A stretch of DNA of 32,000 nucleotides from assembly GCF_000446015.1 (NCBI RefSeq), contig NC_022093.1, forward strand, positions 750,001 through 782,000. The letters are read 5' to 3'. A program made the translations under genes and the position numbers. The DNA comes from Thermofilum adornatum. Its GTDB lineage: Archaea > Thermoproteota > Thermoprotei > Thermofilales > Thermofilaceae. The notes beneath the pieces are model-generated. The model saw only the letters and a list, made by a program, of their open reading frames with translations. It made no database searches and had not been told where the DNA came from. Shown here piece by piece: positions 16,954 through 25,477 of this stretch (positions are counted from its first letter, which is position 1; every line of letters begins with the position of its first letter).

Positions 16954-17060
16954 TGGTGCGGGGGCCGGGATTCGAACCCGGGCAGGCCTACGCCAGCGGA
17001 GATCCCATCTTTTAACTGATCCTGAGTCCGCCCCCTTTGTCCTAGCTCGGGCACCCCCGC
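16954..17060 (-). tRNA. tRNA-Leu (anticodon CAG), class II, with 19-nt anticodon-loop intron; CCA encoded
   Basis: Hand-folded. Acceptor GCGGGGG/CCCCCGC with discriminator A and CCA. D stem CCC/GGG. Anticodon stem GCGGA/TCCGC, anticodon CAG at 17024..17022. Long variable arm TGGCGTAGGCCTGC. T arm CCGGG-TTCGAAT-CCCGG. 107 nt with intron, 88 nt spliced. Confidence 0.93.
17002..17020 (-). other. tRNA intron at the canonical 37/38 position with a bulge-helix-bulge motif
   Basis: Loop nucleotides CUCA pair with intron UGGG to give the 4-bp central helix. It is flanked by 3-nt bulges GGA and AUC. The outer helix is only 2 bp (UC/GA). The exact splice boundary is inferred from BHB geometry. Confidence 0.72.
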
Positions 17061-17108
17061 CAGTAAAAAACTAAACAACCCAGAAACCTATAAGATTTTC
17101 GCGGGTTG

Positions 17109-17486
17109 CTAGGCTTCAGCTATGACTGAGATTTCGATCAGTGCTCCTCTAGGGATATTTGCAGCCTGGATCGTTACACGCGCCGGCTTGTTCTTTGTGA
17201 AGTATTCTGAGTACACCTCGTTGAACGCTTGGAAGTGGGACAAATCCTTTAGAAAGACGACTGAATATACAACTTTCTCAAGAGACGAACCTGCAGCCTC
17301 CAGAACCGCCTTTATATTTTCAAGAACCCTCCGGGTCTGTGTTTTTATGTCGTCTCCTACAATCTCACCCGTAGACGGATCAAGGGGGATTTGACCAGAT
17401 ACAAAAATGAAGCCATTAGACTTGATTGCCTGGGAGTAGGGACCTATTGGTTTAGGCGCCTTCTCGGTGAACACGGCTTCCGGCAT
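17109..17486 (-). CDS. ridA: RidA/YjgF/L-PSP family reactive enamine/imine deaminase
   Basis: 125 aa. Family pattern [11 protein letters not shown]...FVSGQIP.DP.TGE...D...QT...L.N....L.AAG and C-terminal RV.IQ...LP.GALIEI. Starts 1 nt after the ilvA stop. Confidence 0.9.
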   Translation of the reverse strand: MPEAVFTEKAPKPIGPYSQAIKSNGFIFVSGQIPLDPSTGEIVGDDIKTQTRRVLENIKAVLEAAGSSLEKVVYSVVFLKDLSHFQAFNEVYSEYFTKNKPARVTIQAANIPRGALIEISVIAEA

Positions 17487-17487
17487 C

Positions 17488-18711
17488 CTATACCACCCTA
17501 AAGTCTAGCCCCATCTGTTTGAGTTTCAGAACTAATATATCAGCATATTCTTTGCTTGGCACCTCAAGCCCCAGAGTGACCAGTGCCATTCCAGGCGTCA
17601 AAAGTGGATTTAATCTCTCGTGCTGTATTTCGACAATATTTAGGCCGAGCTCAGCAACTGCATCGATAACCTTCTTTAGTTGGCCAGGCCTGTCAGGCAA
17701 TATACCTTGGATTCTCACTTGCCGTCCCTCCACATAAAGAACCTGTCCAAGGACCCTGATAAGCAACGTAGGGTCAACATTGCCACCACTAACCACGGGA
17801 ACAGTTTTCTTTCCACTCACATCAACTGTGCCAGAGATGACCGCAGCCACTCCCAGCGCTCCAGCAGGCTCCGCGACTGTTTTTACTCTTTCCAGGAGGA
17901 GAAACATTGCCCTAGCTATCTCCCGGTCGTCTACAAGAACCATGTCGTCCACGACTTCCTCCATTATTTTCAACGTTAGGTCACCCGGCTTCTTAACAAT
18001 GACTCCATCAGCAATGCTACTAACCTCATGCGTCTCCACGACTCTTTTCTCGTGGAAAGACAGATAAGTTGCAGGTGCTCCCTTGGGCTGGACACCGATC
18101 ACCTTCGCGTCAGGCTTAAGTTTTTTCAGGGCAGTAGCTATTCCAGAGATCAGTCCGCCACCACCAACAGGTACCAACACGACCTCAACATCGCTAAGGT
18201 CTTCAAAAATCTCTACACCTATTGTCCCCTGTCCAGCCATTATGTCGAGGTCGTTAAACGGGTGTACAAACTCCGAGTTGGTCTGCTGGGCTATCTCCAA
18301 CGCCTTCTGGTAGGCATCATCATAAGTATCACCATGTAACACAACCTCTGCGCCATAGCTTTTCGTGGCATTCACCTTGTAGAAGGGCGTGTGTCTAGGC
18401 ATAACAATCGTCGCCTTCATGTTTAGGCTCGCCGCGGAGAAAGCCACTCCCTGGGCATGATTACCGGAACTAGCCGCGACCACGCTTTTTACACCTGAAC
18501 GTGCGAGCTTCTGCATCTTGTAGTACGCGCCCCTAACCTTGAAGGCCCCCGTCTTCTGGAGGTTCTCAAGCTTTAGATAGATCTCCCCCTTAGTTAGGTC
18601 AGACAAGGTTCTAGAGTGTTGTAGAGGGGTATGATGAACAATATTTTTCAGTACTTCCCGGGCGTCCCTAATCTTAATGTTCAATTCATCTAGCAATTTG
18701 CTTGTTTCCAC
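17488..18711 (-). CDS. ilvA: Threonine ammonia-lyase (threonine dehydratase) with C-terminal ACT-like regulatory domain
   Basis: 407 aa. PLP-lysine motif [33 protein letters not shown]-terminal roughly 80-aa ACT-like segment ([29 protein letters not shown]). GTG start. Confidence 0.9.
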   Translation of the reverse strand: METSKLLDELNIKIRDAREVLKNIVHHTPLQHSRTLSDLTKGEIYLKLENLQKTGAFKVRGAYYKMQKLARSGVKSVVAASSGNHAQGVAFSAASLNMKATIVMPRHTPFYKVNATKSYGAEVVLHGDTYDDAYQKALEIAQQTNSEFVHPFNDLDIMAGQGTIGVEIFEDLSDVEVVLVPVGGGGLISGIATALKKLKPDAKVIGVQPKGAPATYLSFHEKRVVETHEVSSIADGVIVKKPGDLTLKIMEEVVDDMVLVDDREIARAMFLLLERVKTVAEPAGALGVAAVISGTVDVSGKKTVPVVSGGNVDPTLLIRVLGQVLYVEGRQVRIQGILPDRPGQLKKVIDAVAELGLNIVEIQHERLNPLLTPGMALVTLGLEVPSKEYADILVLKLKQMGLDFRVV

Positions 18712-18750
18712 AATAAAAGCAATAGAGAAAAAATATATAAATAATGACTT

Positions 18751-19692
18751 TTATGCAAGTTCCTTTATGTTCTCAATGAGTTTTTCCGCCCGCTTTCTAA
18801 CCTCCCAGCGGTCCTTTAACCCATCAACCCCAGGCTTCTCTATGAGGAAAGATACGGCTGCAGTGGCATATGCAGAGGCCTCCCTTATATCGCCGCTACG
18901 CTGATACTCGACCGCGAACACAGTAGTAAACACGTCCCCAGCACCAGTTCTGTCAACAACCCGGGTAGGTATGCTGGGCACAAAGAAAGCCCTCTGCCTC
19001 GTGGCTACGTAAGCGCCATCAGCCCCCAGAGTTACGAGGGAAATCCCGGCGCCATCCTCCACGAGCTTCTTTGCAAGCTCCAGTGGCTCGAGGTTCCCGT
19101 ATATTGCCCTCGCCTCTGCCACCTCTGCATGAACAATGTCCGAAAGGGAAACCACGAGTCTAGCCTCTGGAGAAGAAGACAAAACTATCCTTTTGTCTCC
19201 TAGCTGTTTCCGCACGTATCCCTGGAGATCAGTTACTACCAGTGAGGCAACCTCTGAAACCTCCTGGACAACGCTCGGAGGAATCTCGCCAACCAGCGGC
19301 CCAATTACTGCAATGTTGCCCTTTATCTTTCCCAGCGGCACGTCTCCAGAAAGAATATCTTCGCACCTAGCCAAGAGATAGAGGTCTCTATCGCCGCTAC
19401 TGCGGTAAACAAGCTTAAACTTGGTTGTCGGCAGATACCTCGAGATACCTACCCCACTGAGATCAATATTATGCTTGCCCAGAAACATCATGTACTCGTC
19501 GGGAAAATCCTTCCCAACCTTCGACACTATGTGGGGTCTAACGCCATGCTTGAGCGCCGCTAGAGAGCCGAAGGTAACTGTTCCGCCCAGGCTTCTCCTT
19601 ACCTTTTCTCCCTCAACCACAATATCGATTGTTAGGTGGCCAAGCAGATAAATGTCCACGCTACATCCCCACCCAAATTTAGCTATTGTCAA
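18751..19692 (-). CDS. PfkB-family sugar/nucleoside kinase
   Basis: 313 aa. N-terminal LGHLTIDIV and C-terminal anion-hole motif DRTGAGDVFT, typical of ribokinase/PfkB enzymes. Substrate cannot be determined. Start is ambiguous: TTG 19692 or GTG 19659, the latter giving MDIYLLGHL. Confidence 0.8.
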   Translation of the reverse strand: MTIAKFGWGCSVDIYLLGHLTIDIVVEGEKVRRSLGGTVTFGSLAALKHGVRPHIVSKVGKDFPDEYMMFLGKHNIDLSGVGISRYLPTTKFKLVYRSSGDRDLYLLARCEDILSGDVPLGKIKGNIAVIGPLVGEIPPSVVQEVSEVASLVVTDLQGYVRKQLGDKRIVLSSSPEARLVVSLSDIVHAEVAEARAIYGNLEPLELAKKLVEDGAGISLVTLGADGAYVATRQRAFFVPSIPTRVVDRTGAGDVFTTVFAVEYQRSGDIREASAYATAAVSFLIEKPGVDGLKDRWEVRKRAEKLIENIKELA

Positions 19693-19781
19693 ATTAAATA
19701 TTACGCATCCTCCCGTAGCCCGAAATCATTATAAATTGGCATTTTGTTTCGTTCATTGAACTAGATAGATGGGAGAAGTGT

Positions 19782-21986
19782 ATGGTGAGATACAAGCAAG
19801 TGAGCGATATCGCAAAAATAATGAAAAACGTCGAACAAGTTAGAAATATCGGCACTCTTGCACACGTCGACCATGGCAAGACAACTACCTCTGATTCACT
19901 GTTAATGGGTGCTGGAATTCTAAGCCCTAAGGTCGCCGGCCAAGCCTTAGCCCTAGACTACGTCGAGATCGAGCAATTGAGACAGATGACCGTGAAAGCG
20001 GCAAATGTGTCGCTTTACCACGAGTGGGAGGGTAAACCATACGTGATAAACCTCGTGGACACCCCGGGACACATAGATTTCACCTCGCATGTAACGAGAA
20101 GTCTAAGAATGATGGATGGAGGAATAGTAGTAGTCGACGCAGTAGAGGGAGTAATGACCCAGACGGAGACGGTGGTGAGACAGGCACTTGCAGAATACGT
20201 TAGGCCCCTTTTGTACATTAATAAGGTAGACAGACTGATAAAGGAGTTAAGGCTTGAGCCCAGAGAGATACAGCAAAGGTTCATTGAGATAGTTAAAGAA
20301 TTCAATGCACTTATAGACCTTTATGCAGACAAAGAGTTCAGGGATAAGTGGAAGGTAGACTTTGCGAAGGGACAGGTGGCGTTTGGAAGCGCCCTGCACA
20401 AGTGGGGTCTAACAGTTCCAATAGCTATGAAGAAAGGCGTAAAATTCGACTACATAGTCGACGCTTACCTGCACGATGAGAAAGACAAGCTGGCTCAGGA
20501 CTTCCCGCTTTATATTGCACTCTTGGACATGGTTGTCGAGCACATACCTAATCCCAGGGAAGCCCAGAAATACAGGGTGCCGAAGCTCTGGAAGGGAGAC
20601 CTTAACAGTGAGATTGGCAAGGCGATGCTTGAGTGTGATCCAGACGGTCCAACCGTTGTTGCTGTGAGCAAGATAAACATTGATCCGCATGCGGGACATG
20701 TCGCTACTGGAAGGGTCTTTAGTGGGACTGTGCGGGAAGGCGAAGAAGTATACCTTTTAAACGCCAAGGACACTGCGAGAGTTCTACAGGTCGGCATCTA
20801 CATGGGTCCCTACAGGGAAAAGATCGAAGAGGTGTCGGCGGGAAACATTGTTGCCATGCTTGGACTCGACAAGGCAAGGGCAGGCGAAACAGTCGTAGAC
20901 TCGAAATACAAAGACGTCATGATGCCTTTCGAGCACTTGGCCTACGTTGCCGAGCCCGTAGTTACGGTAGCTATAGAGCCAAAGAAAAGCGGCGATCTAC
21001 CGAAGCTGGTCGACGCATTGAGGAAGCTTGCCATAGAAGATCCAACTCTGAAGGTATATATCAACCAGGAGACAGGCGAATACCTGCTGAGCGGCGTTGG
21101 AACACTCCACCTAGAAATCACGCTGTGGGATCTCAAGCAGAGGACAGGAATAGATATAGTTACCTCCCCACCAATCGTGAGGTACCGTGAAACAATACGC
21201 GAGAAGGGTCAGGTCTTCGAGGGTAAGTCTCCTAACAAGCACAATAAGCTATACTTCTATGCAGAGCCACTAAACGAGGAAACAATAAAGCTGATGCAGG
21301 AGGGCAAGATCTTTGCAGACCAGGACTGGCGTGAAAGAGCCCAAATCCTTAGAGAGTATGCAGGCTGGGACACAGACGAGGCTAGGAACATATGGGACAT
21401 CGACGAGAACTTTAACATAATCGTGAACAAGACCAGTGGTCTGCAGTACTTGAGAGAAGTAAAAGACACCATTATCCAAGGCTTTAGATGGACTATGGAG
21501 GCAGGGCCATTAGCACAGGAGCCTGTGAGAGGCGTGAAAGTGGTTTTGGTAGACGCGGTTTTGCATGAAGATCCGGCGCACCGCGGCCCAGCACAGATAA
21601 TGCCAGCTACTAAGAACAGTATTATGGCTACTCTACTTTCTGGCAAACCTACACTGCTTGAACCAATATTAAAGGTGGACGTAAAGGTACCTTCTCAACA
21701 AGTCAGCGGTGTGCTTACGGTGCTAAATAGGCACAGAGGCAAGATAATATCCATGGAGGAGAAGGGGATGGTTATGAGGGTTCTCGCAGAGTTGCCAGTG
21801 TCGGAGAGCTTTAACATTGCAGACGAACTTAGGGAGGCTACTCAGGGAAGAGCTTTCTTTGCATACGAGTTTTACAAGTGGGCACCTGTGCCGTCTTCCC
21901 AGCTTGAGCAGGTAGCTCTTGCAATCAGGGAAAGGAAGGGCCTGCCAAAGAAGCTTCCAACAATAGAGGACTTTGTGGGACCATAG
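19782..21986 (+). CDS. fusA: Translation elongation factor 2 (aEF-2)
   Basis: 734 aa. GTPase motifs AHVDHGKTT, DTPGH, NKVD. Diphthamide-site motif HEDPAHRGPAQ. ATG preceded by GGGAG 6 nt upstream and TTATAAAT about 50 nt upstream. Confidence 0.97.
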   Translation: MVRYKQVSDIAKIMKNVEQVRNIGTLAHVDHGKTTTSDSLLMGAGILSPKVAGQALALDYVEIEQLRQMTVKAANVSLYHEWEGKPYVINLVDTPGHIDFTSHVTRSLRMMDGGIVVVDAVEGVMTQTETVVRQALAEYVRPLLYINKVDRLIKELRLEPREIQQRFIEIVKEFNALIDLYADKEFRDKWKVDFAKGQVAFGSALHKWGLTVPIAMKKGVKFDYIVDAYLHDEKDKLAQDFPLYIALLDMVVEHIPNPREAQKYRVPKLWKGDLNSEIGKAMLECDPDGPTVVAVSKINIDPHAGHVATGRVFSGTVREGEEVYLLNAKDTARVLQVGIYMGPYREKIEEVSAGNIVAMLGLDKARAGETVVDSKYKDVMMPFEHLAYVAEPVVTVAIEPKKSGDLPKLVDALRKLAIEDPTLKVYINQETGEYLLSGVGTLHLEITLWDLKQRTGIDIVTSPPIVRYRETIREKGQVFEGKSPNKHNKLYFYAEPLNEETIKLMQEGKIFADQDWRERAQILREYAGWDTDEARNIWDIDENFNIIVNKTSGLQYLREVKDTIIQGFRWTMEAGPLAQEPVRGVKVVLVDAVLHEDPAHRGPAQIMPATKNSIMATLLSGKPTLLEPILKVDVKVPSQQVSGVLTVLNRHRGKIISMEEKGMVMRVLAELPVSESFNIADELREATQGRAFFAYEFYKWAPVPSSQLEQVALAIRERKGLPKKLPTIEDFVGP

Positions 21987-21999
21987 AGAGCTTTCTTGA

Positions 22000-22019
22000 T
22001 TTTTGTTTTCTTTATTTTT
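22000..22019 (+). terminator. T-rich tract downstream of aEF-2 (candidate archaeal terminator)
   Basis: TTTTTGTTTTCTTTATTTTT starts 14 nt after the EF-2 stop. Oligo-T tracts are the usual archaeal termination signal. Confidence 0.35.
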
Positions 22020-22063
22020 GCTAGAGAGAGGCTTAAATACTGGTTTTTATTGCCTTAGTTCTG

Positions 22064-23683
22064 GTGAAGTCTTTGAGCTATAAAGTAGCGATATGCATAG
22101 CTACTCTGGGTTTACTCCTGCTTATTCTGGCTACTGCACAATTTGTGCCTCTTTCGAAGGCTGAAGGAGCAGTTTCTTATCCTGCCTCTGCCCGTGTCTC
22201 AGGGAGAATCGAGTATGGTTACATCCTAGTGTTTAACAACCTTAAACTTCCTGAGGCTACGACTAGGGTAACGTTCAATATTTCTTCTTTCGAGAAGAGA
22301 CTTGTACTGGCAACGGCAACCAATGGAAAATTCACAGTTATTGGTAGAGCTAGCAATGGACTTTTGACCTTTGAGCTTCCCGCCCCCTCTACCAGTATCA
22401 ATTTTACCTTTGTTTTTGATTCTCTCGAGCCCGGCACAGACGCTGTGAAAGTGGTTTTTCCTGTACCTCTCTCGCCCACCGGAATAATCACGAATGTTAC
22501 TGGGCAGATTACTCTTCCGCAGCCGATCAATTTGAAGTCTGTCTTGGGAAATGCTACTGGAGCCACGGTTAAGTATAACCAGTCGTATATCCCTGGGAGC
22601 TTGGACGTTATTAGTGCAAATGTTTCTTCATATGGCTATCCTCTCTATAGGGTGGACGAGCTAACAAGAAAGATAACCCTGACTGGCGACAAAATCGTGT
22701 TCAATGACACTTTGACAGTTGTTTCACTAGCTGATGCATGGGTCGAGCAACTAAGCTTCAATCTGCCTAGAAACGCGAGTTTAGTGGGTATCTACTGGAG
22801 CTATGGCAAGGTTCCAAGCCCATACATCAACATTTATACCACAAACCAGTCGAAACTGATTTTGTACAGTATGTTGTCTTCTCTCCAGAAAAGGAACCAG
22901 AGGGTTACTTTCTCGCTTGTTTACTCTTTTAATGCTACAAATGCAGTGCCAGCATACATGGGTCTCGGTTTTATAGTTAAAAACTATACCATTGAGCTTT
23001 GCTTACCAGGGATTATCCAGACGGTTCCAGAAGTAGTTTCAACAACGGTCCAGAACGACATGCACTGCTACAAGTTTGTAGCAAAGGGACCGCTTTTCTT
23101 ATATGATACTTATCCAACAGTAATAGTGAATCCGTCTTTCTCTAAGGTTGCTCAGTCGATCCCCGTAGGAGTCTACCTACTAATAGCGCTAGCTGTCTTA
23201 GCAGTGATTGGAGCGGTATACTATGTTAACAGGCAGCGTGTGTCAACAGTAAAGACAGAGGCGCTTACCAGAACCCTGAAACAAGATGAACGACTCGGAG
23301 AGCTAGCAGAGATACTGACAAGGAGAGAGGAAGGTATCTCAAGCTTATTGGACCAGTTAAGGGGTCTACGTGAGAGAAAAGCAGGCATAACGAAGATTAC
23401 ATCTACCCTCAGGGCCTTCGAGCAGAGGGATAGGGAGTACGAGAGGCGTACAAAAGAGATACTTAGCAGTCTCGAGGGCGACTGGACAGGCCTGGTCAAG
23501 GAGCTCGACGAGATCTCCAACGTGATTGCAAGCACCTTGAGGGACATCGAGAAAATAGAGAGAGGATTTAGAACTGGCAGGATAACGTTGAACGATTATA
23601 ACAAGATGGTTGACGACTTAGAAGAAAGACTCCTCGAGATATCAAGAAGGCTTTCCCGTTTGACCTCAAAGTATCTTGCTTGA
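22064..23683 (+). CDS. Uncharacterised type I membrane protein: signal/anchor, sequon-rich ectodomain, one TM helix, 151-aa cytoplasmic coiled coil
   Basis: 539 aa. N-terminal hydrophobic segment VAICIATLGLLLLILATA. About 330-aa beta-rich segment with 11 N-x-S/T sequons. TM helix IPVGVYLLIALAVLAVIGAVYYV. Arg/Glu/Leu-rich heptad-like tail. GTG start with CTTAAATA 25-32 nt upstream. I recognise no enzyme motif. Confidence 0.8.
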   Translation: MKSLSYKVAICIATLGLLLLILATAQFVPLSKAEGAVSYPASARVSGRIEYGYILVFNNLKLPEATTRVTFNISSFEKRLVLATATNGKFTVIGRASNGLLTFELPAPSTSINFTFVFDSLEPGTDAVKVVFPVPLSPTGIITNVTGQITLPQPINLKSVLGNATGATVKYNQSYIPGSLDVISANVSSYGYPLYRVDELTRKITLTGDKIVFNDTLTVVSLADAWVEQLSFNLPRNASLVGIYWSYGKVPSPYINIYTTNQSKLILYSMLSSLQKRNQRVTFSLVYSFNATNAVPAYMGLGFIVKNYTIELCLPGIIQTVPEVVSTTVQNDMHCYKFVAKGPLFLYDTYPTVIVNPSFSKVAQSIPVGVYLLIALAVLAVIGAVYYVNRQRVSTVKTEALTRTLKQDERLGELAEILTRREEGISSLLDQLRGLRERKAGITKITSTLRAFEQRDREYERRTKEILSSLEGDWTGLVKELDEISNVIASTLRDIEKIERGFRTGRITLNDYNKMVDDLEERLLEISRRLSRLTSKYLA

Positions 23684-23730
23684 GATTTTTCTCTGGACAT
23701 TTTTATGAATAAGGGTAATAAAGGGTAAAC

Positions 23731-23738
23731 GTTATATT
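23731..23738 (+). promoter_or_regulatory. Candidate TATA box for metG
   Basis: GTTATATT lies 30-37 nt upstream of ATG 23768. Confidence 0.3.
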
Positions 23739-23767
23739 CCTAGTTTTTTCACATCCGTGTGAGAACT

Positions 23768-25477
23768 ATGCAGAAGGTTAACTCTTCCAAACACAGATGG
23801 CTCATCTGTGCAGCCTGGCCCTATGTCTATGGTGTTCCCCACCTTGGAAACTTGATAGGCTCTATACTCTCAGCCGATGTGGCCGCGCGTTTCTTAAGGT
23901 TGATTGGAGACGAGGTTGTCTTCGTGAGCGGTAGCGACATGCACGGCACACCCATAGAAGTGGAGGCTATAAAAAGGGGAGAAAACCCTAAAGACCTTGC
24001 TGAGAGAAACCACAAAATCATAAAGGAGCTTTTTGAAAAATGGAACATCAGTTTTGACAACTATTCGAAAACGGAGAGTCCCGTCCACGTAAAGTTTGTG
24101 CAGGACTTCTACAAGAAAGTCTACGAAAATGGATACGTATTTTCAGACAAGGTACAAATGTATTATTGCCCAAAAGACAAAATCTTCTTGCCGGACAGAT
24201 ACATAGTTGGCACTTGTCCCTACTGTGGCTATGATAAGGCATATGGAGATCAGTGCGAAAATTGTGGTCGTCTCTTGGAACCCACTTTGCTTATCAATCC
24301 ACGGTGCGCCATATGTGGCTCTACTCCTGAGCTTAGGACTACGGAGCACTGGTTCTTTGACTTGCCGCGTTTATCACAGGAGCTAGAAAAATACATCGAG
24401 GAGAACGATAACTTGCCTCCTAACGCGCGTAATATGAGCCTGCAGATTTTGAGAGACGGCTTGAAGCCTAGAGCATTGACAAGAGACAATAAGTGGGGTA
24501 TCCCTGCCCCTTTCCCAGGCGCGGAGGGAAAAACAATCTACGTATGGATGGAAGCCGTGTTGGGCTATATATCAGCTACAATAGAATACTTTGAAAACAA
24601 GGGGGAACCAGAGAAATGGAAAGAGTTCTGGCTTGATAAGGATACAAGGAGTGTCTACTTCATTGGTAAAGACAATATTCCATTTCATACTATAATTTTT
24701 CCTGCACTACTTTTGGCCAGCAAACAGGGCTACGTGTTGCCGTGGACAGTCTCGTCGACTGAATATCTCTTGTTTAAGGGTCTAAAGTTCTCAAAGAGCA
24801 AGAGGATAGGGATATGGATCGATGAGGCATTGGAAGTATTCCCAGTGGACTATTGGCGGTTCGTGCTTCTCAGTCTCAGACCTGAGCTTCGCGATATGAA
24901 CTTTTCATGGGAAGATTTCATCAGGATAATCAATAACGATCTAAACGACAATATTGGGAACTTTATCCATAGAGTACTGGTTATCACATACAAAAAGTTC
25001 TCAGGCAAAGTGCCAGAGCCCGGAGAATATACAGAGGAAGATAAAAGCCTAGAAAATATGATTGTGCAATACAGCGGAGAAATAGCTGAATCTATGATGA
25101 ACTTTAGGATGAGAGAGGCGCTCGGCAAGATCCTTCAGCTCTCGAGTAGCGGTAACTCGTATCTTAATAGCCGTAAGCCCTGGGAGCTCGAAAGCAAGGA
25201 GGCTGCCACTGCAATATATGTGGCGCTCCACCTGATAAAAGCCTTGGCCATTATGCTCTACCCATACATACCTTCAAGTTCGCAGAAGATCTGGAACCAG
25301 CTCGGATACAGTGACGATATCTCGGCTCATAGATGGGAAGAAATAAAGGAGCCAGTTCCAGTTGGACAAACAATTCCTGAGCCAAAGCCTATCTTTAGGA
25401 AGCTCACAGATGAAGACATAAAGAAAGCCACAGAGAAAATAGAGGAGTTAAGGTCCCAAAAGCAGTCTAGTCAATGA
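23768..25477 (+). CDS. metG: Methionyl-tRNA synthetase
   Basis: Class I signatures PYVYGVPHLGNL (HIGH variant) and KFSKSK (KMSKS). Zn knuckles CPYCG...CENCG and CAICG. No C-terminal Trbp111-like domain. ATG 23768 is preferred (GTTATATT 30-37 nt upstream); the track start is GTG 23759. Confidence 0.95.
   Translation: MQKVNSSKHRWLICAAWPYVYGVPHLGNLIGSILSADVAARFLRLIGDEVVFVSGSDMHGTPIEVEAIKRGENPKDLAERNHKIIKELFEKWNISFDNYSKTESPVHVKFVQDFYKKVYENGYVFSDKVQMYYCPKDKIFLPDRYIVGTCPYCGYDKAYGDQCENCGRLLEPTLLINPRCAICGSTPELRTTEHWFFDLPRLSQELEKYIEENDNLPPNARNMSLQILRDGLKPRALTRDNKWGIPAPFPGAEGKTIYVWMEAVLGYISATIEYFENKGEPEKWKEFWLDKDTRSVYFIGKDNIPFHTIIFPALLLASKQGYVLPWTVSSTEYLLFKGLKFSKSKRIGIWIDEALEVFPVDYWRFVLLSLRPELRDMNFSWEDFIRIINNDLNDNIGNFIHRVLVITYKKFSGKVPEPGEYTEEDKSLENMIVQYSGEIAESMMNFRMREALGKILQLSSSGNSYLNSRKPWELESKEAATAIYVALHLIKALAIMLYPYIPSSSQKIWNQLGYSDDISAHRWEEIKEPVPVGQTIPEPKPIFRKLTDEDIKKATEKIEELRSQKQSSQ

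Noticed and set aside
16881-17078. 65-aa ORF on the minus strand between rpl6 and ridA.
   Set aside because: It is the tRNA-Leu gene plus flanks read as protein. The region folds into a complete cloverleaf.
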